Assembly: GCA_049512935.1 (NCBI GenBank)
Contig: JBEKWR010000001.1
Span: 128,001-192,000, forward strand
Direction of reading: 5' to 3'
DNA from: Candidatus Bathyarchaeia archaeon
GTDB taxonomy: Archaea; Thermoproteota; Bathyarchaeia; Bathyarchaeales; Bathycorpusculaceae
DNA: 64,000 nt
Positions 51,068 through 61,177 of the stretch are shown here, one piece after another. The notes beneath the pieces were generated by a model. It did no database searches. It was not told the origin of the DNA and saw only the letters and a list, made by a program, of their open reading frames with translations. Positions within the stretch are counted from its first letter, which is position 1; the number at the start of each line of letters is the position of its first letter. A program made the translations under genes and the position numbers.

Positions 51068-52549
51068 ATGAAAATACTTCTCATAAATCCGCCGCAGACA
51101 TTTTATCCGGGCTCAGAACCGCCAGCGGGCAACCTGCCTCTCGGCTTAATGTACATAGCAGCCACGCTTACCAAAGCGGGTTACCGAACGGAAATCTTGG
51201 ATGCATTCATGACTGGCGGCTCATTCCGTAAGATGAATGAAACAACTATCGTTGGCATGAACTTTGAGCAGATAAAGCAGGAAATTGACAGCCGCAAGCC
51301 GGACATTGTTGGTGTGGCAGGCCCTTTCACTTGCCAAATAGAAAACACGGTTAAAGTAAGCGACCTGGCAAAGCAGATTAACCCCGACATTTTAACTATT
51401 GTAGGCGGACCCCACGTTACCACGGTGCCTAAGGGGTTTCTTGAAGAGGCGCGAAGCGTTGACATCGCAGTGATGGGCGAGGGCGAGTACGCCATGCCTG
51501 AGATAGCCCAGTATGCTGAAGGGAAAAAAACGATAAGCGAAATTTTGGGCGTCGCTTACCGCAGAGATGGAGAAGTCGCGGTGAATCCTTCTAGGCCTTT
51601 TATTGAAAACTTGGATGAGCTTCCCTACCCAGCCTACGATTTAGTGGACATGGAGCAGTACCTGAGCCCCAAGAAAATAGGTTACCGCAGCTTCAGGGGC
51701 AGGGCGATATCGATGATAACCAGCAGAGGCTGCCCGTTTAACTGCTGTTTCTGCTCGGTTCACTTGCACATGGGCAGGGGTTTCAGAGCGAACTCCGCAA
51801 ACTACGTACTGAACCACATTGAACACGTTGTGGAAAAATTCGACGTCAAGAACATCTTCTTTGAAGACGACAACTTGACCTTTGACTTGGCAAGGTTCGA
51901 GGAAATCTGCGATGGCTTAATACAGAAGAAGATCAGGATCGGCTGGGAAACCCCTAACGGGGTGCGTGCAGACTGCTTAAACTTGAATCTGCTTCAGAAA
52001 ATGAAGAAGTCAGGCTGCCGCAGCGTCTTTTTCGGCGTTGAGTCAGGCGACCAGCAGATACTGGACAACGTGATTTGCAAGAGGCTCGACTTGAACCGTG
52101 TGGTTGAAGTTGCGAAGATCTGCAGGGACATCGACCTGAAAACAGGCGCCTTCTACATCATTGGGTTTCCAGGAGAAAAGAAAGAGAACATGCAGAAAAC
52201 GGTTGATTTTGCCCTAAGGCTCAAGCGTGATTTTGACGTCGGCATGCACCTGTTCATGGCTACACCGTCGTATGGAACTAGACTTTATGAGGAATGCAAA
52301 TCTAAGGGGTACATTCAGGAAAACTTGGCTTGGGACTCCTTCGCGTCGGCTCGGCAACCCAAAGGCATGCCGCTCATTTCGACACCAGACTTTACTCCTG
52401 AAGATGTCAAGGAAATAGCCGCTAAGGCGCTTGAGGAATACAAGAAGTTGTCCTTGAGAAATCACCTGAGAAACCCGAGGAAAGCGTTGAAGACGGCGTT
52501 TGAGCAGCCGCAGCTCATTTTGAAGTACGTCAAAGGCTTGTTTTCTTAA
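51068..52549 (+). CDS. Cobalamin-binding radical SAM enzyme
   Basis: PLGLMYIA, GGPH, GEGE, SRGCPFNCCFC, GVESG. Confidence 0.93.
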   Translation: MKILLINPPQTFYPGSEPPAGNLPLGLMYIAATLTKAGYRTEILDAFMTGGSFRKMNETTIVGMNFEQIKQEIDSRKPDIVGVAGPFTCQIENTVKVSDLAKQINPDILTIVGGPHVTTVPKGFLEEARSVDIAVMGEGEYAMPEIAQYAEGKKTISEILGVAYRRDGEVAVNPSRPFIENLDELPYPAYDLVDMEQYLSPKKIGYRSFRGRAISMITSRGCPFNCCFCSVHLHMGRGFRANSANYVLNHIEHVVEKFDVKNIFFEDDNLTFDLARFEEICDGLIQKKIRIGWETPNGVRADCLNLNLLQKMKKSGCRSVFFGVESGDQQILDNVICKRLDLNRVVEVAKICRDIDLKTGAFYIIGFPGEKKENMQKTVDFALRLKRDFDVGMHLFMATPSYGTRLYEECKSKGYIQENLAWDSFASARQPKGMPLISTPDFTPEDVKEIAAKALEEYKKLSLRNHLRNPRKALKTAFEQPQLILKYVKGLFS

Positions 52550-52961
52550 AATTCCCTGTTTCCGCACAGGTTTCGCCGTTTTTGTTTGTGCGAGTGCCGA
52601 GCAGGGAAGTGATCATCTAAACTCCGAAAAAAGCCGCTGAAAAAGCTTAGTACACTACTTTGAATTTGAATCCGCAATTGTCACAGGCGTAAAGTGCAAT
52701 ACGAAAAGACGAGTTTTCAATTTTCCGTTCAGGCTTGGTAAGGTTCTTTCCGCACTTTTGGCAACTAACCATGCAGGCACACCTCTAAATAGTTTGGCAC
52801 TACTGCGCATACGCAATATATCAACACTTGTTGTCACACTCAAGCAACCACAAACTCGAAAAAACAAAAGTCAAGTTGCAGCCCACCAAAAACCCAGACG
52901 CTACGGTTGAACTACAACTAGTTTAATATCCTAAAACACGCGGTTTCTTGTAAGGATAGCA

Positions 52962-55367
52962 ATGAAAAAACGCCGGTATGTGCTAATTGCCCTGATTTCA
53001 CTAATCCTAATTCAATCTTTCTGGGCAACGGGGGCTTTAGGCAGCAACGCAAGTTCCAGCAGCGGCAACTGGACGATGTTCCGTCAAAACCCTAGCCACA
53101 GTGGCTATGCGGCGGATAGCAGTTCAACTGCTTCTGCTCAGCTACTTTGGAGTTACACAACAGGCAGAATGGTACAGTCTTCCCCCTCTGTGGCTTTCGG
53201 CTGTGTTTTTGTTGGCTCAAGAGACAGCCAGGTCTACTGCCTCAACGATTCAAACGGTGAAGTAATCTGGAAGTACCCTATCAGATATGAAGTGTGGTCG
53301 TCTCCAGCAGTCTACGATGGCAACGTCTACATAGGCGCCGACGACGGTTACATTTACTGCCTAAACATCACAAATGGAACGCCGCTCTGGCGAACACCCT
53401 TGACTGGAGGTCCAGTTCGGTCTTCACCAACGGTTATCGACGGCGTTGTCTACGCGAGCTCACAGAGCGACCTGTCTGCTCTTAACGCTACTGACGGGGG
53501 CACGTTATGGAATCTGCAGAATTTGAACCCGATAGATTCCTCACCGGCAGTTTCAAACGGCGCAGTCTACATCGCCAGCGCCGACGGGCACATTTACGCC
53601 TTCAACGCGTCCACTGGCGGCAAAATTTGGAGTTTCCATGCCAGAACCTCTGACTCTTCTTCGCCAGCCGTATCCAACGGCCTTGTTTACATCGGTTCGT
53701 ACGACGGAGACATTTACTGTTTGAACGCTTCCACGGGCGCCCAGGTTTGGAGGTACCAGACAGCGGATGAGGTGGAGTCTTCCCCAGCCATCGCTTACGG
53801 CTGCGTTTACGTTGGCTCAGACGACAATAACGTTTACTGCCTAAACGCTTCCACGGGCGGCAAGATTTGGCAGAGCCCGACTGGATACTGGGTTACGTCT
53901 TCTCCAGCGGTCGCAGGCGGCAACGTTTACGTTGGCTCTGAAGACGGCAACATCTACTGCTTCAACGCCGCCACGGGAGCCAAGCAATGGAGCTACCAGA
54001 CTGGAAACTTCGTGGAGTCTTCGCCTGCAATCGCAAACAACATCCTGTATGTCGGTTCAGACGATGACAAAGTTTACGCTTTAGCCTTAAACAACTCAAC
54101 GGCTCAGCCTCAACCTAAGCAAGCAGCTAATGCTTTGCCGTGGACAACCATAGCGTTTGACACCATCGCCTGCGTTATCGGAGGGGCAATCATTTTTGCG
54201 TTGGCACAATCAGCTTATTACGGCAGACGAAAGCGAAAAAGTGAACCAAACGCCGTTTCAAGTCAAAAATACGGTTGGCTAAAAGAACATTATGACACCG
54301 TTTTCATTCTGGCAATCTTGGCTATATCACTGATTTTCTTCGTTAACCTGGGAAGCGGGGTTCTTCAAGTTTCCGACGAGCAAACCTACTCTCAATGGGC
54401 GTACCACATGGTCAAAACAGGAGACTACCTGACCCCTTGGGCTTACGGCGCCGTATCTTTCGACATAAGCAAGCCGCCGCTGACCATGTGGCTGATGTCT
54501 CTGGCGTACCAAGTTTTCGGCGTAAACAACTTTGCTTCAAGAATCTGGAGCGCCACCCTCGGCGCACTCTCACTGGTTCTTGTCTACTACTTGGGAAAGA
54601 AACTCTACAATCCCGCCGTTGGGTTCCTGTCCGCCGTGGTTTTAGGAACCTTTGTAACCTTCTGGGTGTTCGCAAAATACGCCATGACCGACATCCCGCT
54701 TGTCTGCTTCCTTCTCGGCAGCATCTACTTTCTGGTTCTAAGCGAGGACAAGGAAAAAACCAGCCGAAACGGGACGGTGTACGCTGTTTTGAGCGGTTTG
54801 TTTTTTGGGTTGGCGTTGATGACTAAGCAGATTGATGCTCTGCTGATTCCCCTCGTCATGTTCGCATACTTCGCGGCGACACAGAGAAGCCTGCGGTTCC
54901 TGTTCACAAAACGTTTCCTGCTTTTTTTGGGAGTCGGGCTTCTCGTATTTTCGCCCTGGCTGATTTACATGGGTACCCGTTTCGGTTCGCAGTTCTGGCA
55001 GGGATACTTCGTCTACGCCGACTTCACTCGGACAGCCAGCCCGCTTGACGGCCACTCCGGAGGCTACCTGTTCTACTTCAGCTACCTGATCAACAGGGAA
55101 AACTGGGTTTGGGTCGTCTTGCTACCGTTCGCGGCGGGGCTCTGCGCCTTCAACGGGTTCATCAAGCGCGTAAAACAGGACACCTTGATTTTCCTTTGGA
55201 TGGCAATCGTGCTGGTTGTGTTCACTTTGGCGCAGACGAAAATCTACTGGTACATCCTCCCAGCTTTCCCCGCGTTCGCCATAGCCATCGCCAGCCTACT
55301 ATACCAGTTGGCAAACAGAATATTCCAACGCTACCCACGCATAGATCCTACAAAGCGCCTAAAGTAG
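52962..55367 (+). CDS. PQQ/BamB-type beta-propeller fused to ArnT/GT39 (GT-C) glycosyltransferase
   Basis: About 8 SSPA..G.VY.GS.DG..Y.LNA.TG...W repeats, then DE, KPPL, SR, MTK, GH, YILP with many TM helices. Confidence 0.9.
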   Translation: MKKRRYVLIALISLILIQSFWATGALGSNASSSSGNWTMFRQNPSHSGYAADSSSTASAQLLWSYTTGRMVQSSPSVAFGCVFVGSRDSQVYCLNDSNGEVIWKYPIRYEVWSSPAVYDGNVYIGADDGYIYCLNITNGTPLWRTPLTGGPVRSSPTVIDGVVYASSQSDLSALNATDGGTLWNLQNLNPIDSSPAVSNGAVYIASADGHIYAFNASTGGKIWSFHARTSDSSSPAVSNGLVYIGSYDGDIYCLNASTGAQVWRYQTADEVESSPAIAYGCVYVGSDDNNVYCLNASTGGKIWQSPTGYWVTSSPAVAGGNVYVGSEDGNIYCFNAATGAKQWSYQTGNFVESSPAIANNILYVGSDDDKVYALALNNSTAQPQPKQAANALPWTTIAFDTIACVIGGAIIFALAQSAYYGRRKRKSEPNAVSSQKYGWLKEHYDTVFILAILAISLIFFVNLGSGVLQVSDEQTYSQWAYHMVKTGDYLTPWAYGAVSFDISKPPLTMWLMSLAYQVFGVNNFASRIWSATLGALSLVLVYYLGKKLYNPAVGFLSAVVLGTFVTFWVFAKYAMTDIPLVCFLLGSIYFLVLSEDKEKTSRNGTVYAVLSGLFFGLALMTKQIDALLIPLVMFAYFAATQRSLRFLFTKRFLLFLGVGLLVFSPWLIYMGTRFGSQFWQGYFVYADFTRTASPLDGHSGGYLFYFSYLINRENWVWVVLLPFAAGLCAFNGFIKRVKQDTLIFLWMAIVLVVFTLAQTKIYWYILPAFPAFAIAIASLLYQLANRIFQRYPRIDPTKRLK

Positions 55368-55386
55368 TCATGTTCTTTGCAGGAGA

Positions 55387-55402
55387 GGCGGACACGCTGA
55401 GA
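55387..55402 (-). repeat. Degenerate tRNA-Arg 3'-end remnant (att-like)
   Basis: GGCGGACACGCTGAGA vs GGCGGGCCCGCTGGGA at 63096-63111 (13/16). Confidence 0.45.
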
Positions 55403-55479
55403 AGAGTCGTTTGGATAAAGTGAGAACTCAAGTTTATCAGATTGAAATTATTATTTCTAACGACGAGCTGACAGGAGAA

Positions 55480-56250
55480 ATGCAAGTTACCCAATTGCTC
55501 AGTGCATCTGACATCAACTTTGTCTTTCCAGTTGGCTTCTCGTTTTTTGAACCTTACCTAGCATATCACACAAAAGAAATTCTGGAAATAGGCGGTGAAG
55601 CTTACGTAACCAGAACTCCCGACGGAGTTACCTCAGGCTTATTCATTTACGACGGCTCCGAGAAGAGCGGAACAATTTACACACGGTCAAGAGAAATATT
55701 TGATTACTTTTATGAGTTAAAACCGTTTAATTGGCTCTTCTCTGAGATGCAAACTGAGCTCGAAAGCGAAATCTACGATATTTACACTGTGGACCTTGAG
55801 AATCTTGCCCTTGTTCACAGGTTCAGCTATGAAATTTCCATGGCGGAGAAGGGGCAGACAGGTGAGATAGAACGGTTCATGGCTTCAACCCATCCGGGGA
55901 TAAACAAGAGGTGGGTCAGTGTCGCGCTTGAAAACGGGGAAAGATGCTTCACTGTTAGGCTAAGCGGCGAGATTGCTGGGTTAGGTTGGGTCTCGCTTGT
56001 GAATGGTGTTGGAAGACTGCACTCTCTTTATGTGAAGCCTCAACTTAGGAGAATAGGCGTAGGTGAAGACATTTTGAATGCGCGGCTTCTCTGGCTTAAG
56101 TCAAAGCATGCCCGTTCAGCATTCTGCGAAATTTCCCGTTACAACGTGGCTTCTTCAGGAAACGTTACAAAAGCGCACATGAGGGTGTCTGGACAGGTTT
56201 TTCAGTATTTTAGGAAGAACTTGGATAGAAAGAGGGAAATGAAAAGTTAG
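55480..56250 (+). CDS. GNAT-family acetyltransferase
   Basis: LYVKPQLRRIGVG acetyl-CoA motif, N.AS; start uncertain. Confidence 0.85.
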   Translation: MQVTQLLSASDINFVFPVGFSFFEPYLAYHTKEILEIGGEAYVTRTPDGVTSGLFIYDGSEKSGTIYTRSREIFDYFYELKPFNWLFSEMQTELESEIYDIYTVDLENLALVHRFSYEISMAEKGQTGEIERFMASTHPGINKRWVSVALENGERCFTVRLSGEIAGLGWVSLVNGVGRLHSLYVKPQLRRIGVGEDILNARLLWLKSKHARSAFCEISRYNVASSGNVTKAHMRVSGQVFQYFRKNLDRKREMKS

Positions 56251-56259
56251 TACATGTAT

Positions 56260-57291
56260 CTATGTTCTGGGAGCTCCGCATTGAGGGCAGGTCTGAGCTG
56301 TGGAGTCTATTAGTGCTCCGCAGTAACGGCATTTTACCTTCACAACCTCTTTAATCACGATCTGCTGCACCGGCGGCTGCTTCGGAGTCAAATCAATATT
56401 CTCAGGCGGCGGACCTGTTGGAGGGGGCGGCTCTTGGTAGGGTTGCTCGTAAGAATGCTTCGGAAGTTTTCTTCTGCTTCTTCTTGAAAGCGCGTAGATG
56501 AGAATTGCAATTACTATGAGAACTATGATTATTGCAATAATGTAATTGACGTATTGTGTTGAACTTGAATTTCCTCCGCTTGGGGTGCTGGCAGCCGCCG
56601 TTAGCGGATAGCTGGTTGAAGTCACGTAGAGGGTTTCGGTGTAGGTGAACCCGGTTCCAGAGGGGCTGGTGTCCTGTTCATTGTAGCTGTATCCTACGAT
56701 GTATCCTGAGGACGGGTCAAAGTAGGCTTTCCATGTGTAGTCGGCGGTGAATTGTCCGTATACGTCGTTTCGTTGATAGTTTGAGGTTCCTTGAGCAAAG
56801 ATCACGTTCACGTTTCTGTTCTGCGAAGGAAGGTAGTAGCTGTAGGTCCTAGAAATGACTGTCATCACGGTGTTTAGAAGGGTAAAGGTACCGCCCTTCG
56901 GGATCGAGTTATCCATACAGAACCAGACAGTGGGGTTAACGTATCCAGTCTGATCGTCAGTTCCGTTGACGTATAGGAAAGTGACTGGTGAAAAGGTGAA
57001 ATCTCCCGATGGGCTTCCAGTTTCTGTCGTGCCCGAGCTGTTGCTCCAGGTATAGGAGTAACTGTAGCGAGCGGATACAGTTCCGTCTGCGTTGACGCCA
57101 TTTATTGTTTCTGATCCGTTATATGCTGCCTGTTCGCTGTATCCAGCGTAACCGCCGGTGCCGCTTCCAAGAGTTGTAACCTCGTAATAGCTGAAATGAT
57201 CTCCAACATGAGGAGTGTAAGCTGCGGCGAAGGGAGCTGCGAAGAGTGCTAGGAAAAGGGAAAGTATGATTACGAAGGACTTTGAGTTCAA
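56260..57291 (-). CDS. Surface protein with TM anchor, Pro-rich linker and cytoplasmic zinc ribbon
   Basis: Signal peptide, Tyr/Thr-rich domain, TM helix, PPPPTGPPP, CRYCG..CPQCG. Confidence 0.85.
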   Translation of the reverse strand: MNSKSFVIILSLFLALFAAPFAAAYTPHVGDHFSYYEVTTLGSGTGGYAGYSEQAAYNGSETINGVNADGTVSARYSYSYTWSNSSGTTETGSPSGDFTFSPVTFLYVNGTDDQTGYVNPTVWFCMDNSIPKGGTFTLLNTVMTVISRTYSYYLPSQNRNVNVIFAQGTSNYQRNDVYGQFTADYTWKAYFDPSSGYIVGYSYNEQDTSPSGTGFTYTETLYVTSTSYPLTAAASTPSGGNSSSTQYVNYIIAIIIVLIVIAILIYALSRRSRRKLPKHSYEQPYQEPPPPTGPPPENIDLTPKQPPVQQIVIKEVVKVKCRYCGALIDSTAQTCPQCGAPRT

Positions 57292-58844
57292 CCCATGAAA
57301 CCTCCTACGCCGTGAACATGGGCTAGATGGAAGCCTCCGATGCCGCTGTATATTGAATAGTAAGATGAGTGTGCGACAATCAGGGGCACATAGTATATGA
57401 AGAAAACATTTGCTGGGACATAGGTGAACTGCACCGGAGTTTTCACAATATTCGCGGTTGGATCAAGTTGCTTTACAAGTTCATTTTTGATTCCATGAAT
57501 CATCATTACTGCAAGGCTTATCATTTCAGAACGTTCTAGATCTGAAGCGTAAGACCCAAGCAAAGAACATGCCTTTTCCATCAGGTCAAGAGTCTCGTTA
57601 GCTTCAAGCGTCGGTATTGAAGTAAGTACTGCGGAAGCTACAAGTGGAAACTCCAGGTAATTCCTAAGTCCACTTATAATTATTGCCATCTTCGATTTCA
57701 CATCATCTGGTCCCAAATCGGAAATCGATAAGTAGGCAGAAGCAAGTTCGGTATCTTCTGATACCTCATACCCCCAGGACTTAAATAATGACCTAAATGA
57801 CTGGAACTTGCCCGCTATTTGGTCTGAAGGCACATTGATTATTGAAAGTATTGCAGCTGACTCAAACGAGGAGGTCATCTTGGAAAATTCCACAAATCTG
57901 TCAGTAGGATATGTGCCGTCAAATCTCCGCCCAAACAAGACAGTGGCGGCAACGCCGACCGAGAGTAGTTTAGGAACGTGGGCGTCATGCCTAAGTTGAT
58001 GATCAAGACTAACCAAAATTTTTGACTGTTCCTCAAGATCAGAATTGGTTGCAGATTGTGTGGGATCGGCTCTTGATGATGTCATGATTTCTCCTGCCAT
58101 CATCTTATTTTGAAGGGTGCAATCAAAATGTTTGAGAAGGTCAAGAGCACAAATAAATCTTTGACCGATTAGGTCGGGGTCGCCTTGAAGCTTGGCCAAA
58201 CCTATTGATACGCTCCAGAGTTGAGAAAGATCCATTTCTGGAAATCTAGTTCTTAGGTTAGACACGTGAAAGCTGCCTCTTCCTGCTATCGAACGCAATT
58301 CGCCAGTTGTCTCTTGGCTTTCTTCGATGAAGTCTGAAAATTCATTGCCAGACACCCTATAATTTCTGACATTGAGATCGTTCAGCGTAGTAACCCCCAG
58401 ACCGGTAAGTGACAGATAATTGCCGCCGTACGGCACCATCCTGTCAACTATGGATTTCTTCTGAATAAGCTGGTTTATCATGGTGTCTCGTTCAGCTATG
58501 TCTGCATCTATTTTTGAAACAACGTTCTTTTCGCTTTCTACTTTTTCACGTTCAGCTTCCTTATCCTCTTTTCCTTCAAAAAGAAACTTGATTGAATGAG
58601 TTTTCCTCTGCTCTTCGTCCAAAGCCGCCTTTGCGGTTCTGTCAGCGTTCTCTTCGTTAGCCAAGTCCATGTTCATCTGCGTCAAGTTTGAAACTTCGGC
58701 TAAAGCATTATCGTAATCTTTTTTTTGCATGACTGAAAGGTAGCCGTCACCGGATAGAAAATCCATGTCGGTTTGTTGAATCTGCATTGAAATTGATTTT
58801 CCAGCTATCTGGGACAAAAATGTTCTTACATCATCGCACTTCAT
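57288..58844 (-). CDS. Hypothetical protein (coiled coil, helical repeats, Gly/His-rich tail)
   Basis: 518-aa ORF, tightly packed with neighbours (5-bp gap, 4-bp overlap). Confidence 0.85.
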   Translation of the reverse strand: MKCDDVRTFLSQIAGKSISMQIQQTDMDFLSGDGYLSVMQKKDYDNALAEVSNLTQMNMDLANEENADRTAKAALDEEQRKTHSIKFLFEGKEDKEAEREKVESEKNVVSKIDADIAERDTMINQLIQKKSIVDRMVPYGGNYLSLTGLGVTTLNDLNVRNYRVSGNEFSDFIEESQETTGELRSIAGRGSFHVSNLRTRFPEMDLSQLWSVSIGLAKLQGDPDLIGQRFICALDLLKHFDCTLQNKMMAGEIMTSSRADPTQSATNSDLEEQSKILVSLDHQLRHDAHVPKLLSVGVAATVLFGRRFDGTYPTDRFVEFSKMTSSFESAAILSIINVPSDQIAGKFQSFRSLFKSWGYEVSEDTELASAYLSISDLGPDDVKSKMAIIISGLRNYLEFPLVASAVLTSIPTLEANETLDLMEKACSLLGSYASDLERSEMISLAVMMIHGIKNELVKQLDPTANIVKTPVQFTYVPANVFFIYYVPLIVAHSSYYSIYSGIGGFHLAHVHGVGGFMG

Positions 58845-58849
58845 TTCTA

Positions 58850-60019
58850 TTACCTATCCATGATTGGGAATTTCTCAGTTAAACGTTGCTCCCCAAGAAT
58901 GTTACCGACGACCAGCTTAAGGCTTTGTCCCTCACTTGCAAGGTCAACAACTTCATCATCCTTGAGAGCCTCTTTGAGGAGATATTCGAACTGCACTTTC
59001 CTGTCGGTCACATCGCCGAACCTTGCGATTCGTTCTCGTTCTATCTGTTCATACGCATACATGAATTCGTATAGCGACCTGTATATCTGGTCGTCTATCT
59101 TCTCCGAGATTTTCTTTTCCTCGACAGTTATCCATTCCAAGCCTTCAAGATCTACGAAATAAATAGTGCCATCCGGAGCAAGGACCGCATCCTTGTCCAG
59201 CCAGACATCATAGAAATCCAACCCACAGAAAGATCCGTCTTCGTTGCTTTTTATTGTCCTAGGGAACAGAGTAAGGTACGCGATGCCACTTTTAATGAAA
59301 TTCTTCAGAAAATCTTCTGCTTTATCATTGCTGTCTATTCCAAACAGGTCAAAAACTGAGCGTATGTTCCCGCCGATAGTGCTCCCAGAATGAAAATAAA
59401 TCCGCACATTAGAAGGAACCAACCTTAATTCCTGAACCATTCTGCCGCTGAATCTGCGGTACCAAAATATTTTTTTGACTTCACTCTCAAGGTCTTCAGG
59501 AAGGAAAACAATTTTCACAACTGGTGCAACTCGAAATCCGTGAATCGAAGTAAGGTCGGCCATTTCTGAAACTCTCAGCGAAGTTGTTGCGTGCTCAAGA
59601 CCTTGCCCACCGTACGGGGAACCTCTTAACCACAATTCCCCTGTAAGGTATCGTGGTGCGATTCCCTCGGAATTCACGATTCTGTCCTTCAGCGTTGAAT
59701 CCGTCAATAAGCTGCATATTTCAGCTTTCCCGAGAAGCTGAGTTGAAAACGGGTTGGTTGTTGAACCTATGCCTTTAATGGAAAGGTAAAAGTCTGTGCC
59801 GTCCATTTTCAAAAGGGGAAAAGTTGAAACTGCTCCTCTGTTATCGTCCGCAATAAACTCCTTCGTGCTCATGGGGTTGAGAGATGTGAAAGGCCGCATG
59901 CTCTCGGGAAGGTAAAACCTTTCAAATTCAGGGCTTCTGAATTGTTGAAAATTCTTGTTTGCCAGCGTTTCAGAGGCTTCATAAACGTTCAGATTGAGGG
60001 GCGAACCTTTCAGCTTCAT
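58850..60019 (-). CDS. Atypical protein-kinase-fold protein (SelO-like)
   Basis: LSIKGIGSTTNPFS resembles SelO KGxGxTPYS; RLVPSNVRI resembles RxAPSxxRxG; IYFVDLE metal-binding-like loop. Confidence 0.55.
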   Translation of the reverse strand: MKLKGSPLNLNVYEASETLANKNFQQFRSPEFERFYLPESMRPFTSLNPMSTKEFIADDNRGAVSTFPLLKMDGTDFYLSIKGIGSTTNPFSTQLLGKAEICSLLTDSTLKDRIVNSEGIAPRYLTGELWLRGSPYGGQGLEHATTSLRVSEMADLTSIHGFRVAPVVKIVFLPEDLESEVKKIFWYRRFSGRMVQELRLVPSNVRIYFHSGSTIGGNIRSVFDLFGIDSNDKAEDFLKNFIKSGIAYLTLFPRTIKSNEDGSFCGLDFYDVWLDKDAVLAPDGTIYFVDLEGLEWITVEEKKISEKIDDQIYRSLYEFMYAYEQIERERIARFGDVTDRKVQFEYLLKEALKDDEVVDLASEGQSLKLVVGNILGEQRLTEKFPIMDR

Positions 60020-60150
60020 GGGGCATTCGGCACTTTTTATGGATGGTTTAACACTTAAGCCTTCTTGTCTGATGTTCTAACCAGTGCCAGCAGGTCTCAA
60101 ATCTCAAATAGACAAAGTCTCCATCGACTCACCTTTAAAGAAAGTTCAGG

Positions 60151-60192
60151 TGGCGAGTCCGCTGGGATTCATTTGAAATATTAAGCGAATCC
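60151..60192. repeat. tRNA-Arg 3'-end remnant overlapping a 28-bp palindrome (att-like)
   Basis: TGGCGAGTCCGCTGGGATT (17/19 vs tRNA end 63095-63113) runs into GGATTCATTTGAAATATTAAGCGAATCC. Confidence 0.75.
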
Positions 60193-60379
60193 TGAATAAA
60201 TTGAGGACACCCCTTCTTCGCAATAAGTGAGTTGGACTTGGTTTACCTCAGAAATGGGTGAGTCCCCTTGCTTAAAACTTGAAGATTTCGCTGATGCAAA
60301 GATTCGTCTATAAAAAAAAATGAAAAAGAGGAAATTTTGTGGCTTTGTCTTTCGTTTTTTTATGAAATTCGTTCATCAT

Positions 60380-61177
60380 TTATCGGTTTCTTTCGCTTCG
60401 TACGAAGAGAAATGTTCCAATCACGAAAGACGCTATTGAAATTGCAGCGACTATCAATAGATCAAGCAATGGGTTGTACATGATTATCTGGCCGTAGAAT
60501 GGCGTGCCTTGATAGACTAATCCTCTAAGTAAATCTATTAGGTAAGTCATGGGCATGGCATGTGCCAAAGCGCCTAAGACTCCGCTTGAATTTTTTACAG
60601 GTATTAATGCGCCTGAGAGAAACATTTGAGCAAACACAAACATGATTACTCCTTTATCAGCTGTTTTTGGGCTGCTGCTGAATATGCTGGCTACCAATAC
60701 GCCAAGTGTTCCACCTGATATGCAGATAATTGGCGCCAATAAGAGGATCCAACCAATAGCGGGTAACCCAACAGGTATTCCCATAACTAACGCTACCAAA
60801 ACAAAAGCAAACAATTGCAGTATGCTAGTGATGCTGCCGCCTATGATTTTACCCAGAATGATTGAATATCGAGATATTGGAGCAACAAAGATTTCCTGCG
60901 TGAAATCATTTTCACGGTCCTCAACGAGAGATGTGACACTCATCATAGTATTCATAGCAATTGTTGCAGCGACCATTCCTAAAAATGCAAACTGAAGATA
61001 ATTGTAACCTAGACCAGCACCTAAGTTTTGCGCAATGCTGCCGCCTAAAATGCCTAAAAACAGGACGGGAAACATAAAGCTAAAAGCAAGCGAAGTTTTC
61101 CAATCTTTAAAGAACCGCAGCACCTCTCGGGCAGCGATAACTATCGTTGCGTTGAGTTCTTTTTGGAGTGGTAGCAT
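60380..61177 (-). CDS. ABC-2 type exporter permease
   Basis: EDRE..FTQEIFVAPISR..IILGK, FLSGA..P; about 6 TM helices. Confidence 0.92.
   Translation of the reverse strand: MLPLQKELNATIVIAAREVLRFFKDWKTSLAFSFMFPVLFLGILGGSIAQNLGAGLGYNYLQFAFLGMVAATIAMNTMMSVTSLVEDRENDFTQEIFVAPISRYSIILGKIIGGSITSILQLFAFVLVALVMGIPVGLPAIGWILLLAPIICISGGTLGVLVASIFSSSPKTADKGVIMFVFAQMFLSGALIPVKNSSGVLGALAHAMPMTYLIDLLRGLVYQGTPFYGQIIMYNPLLDLLIVAAISIASFVIGTFLFVRSERNR

Noticed and set aside
53160-54090. About 120-bp periodic repeats
   Set aside because: Explained by the beta-propeller blades of the encoded protein.
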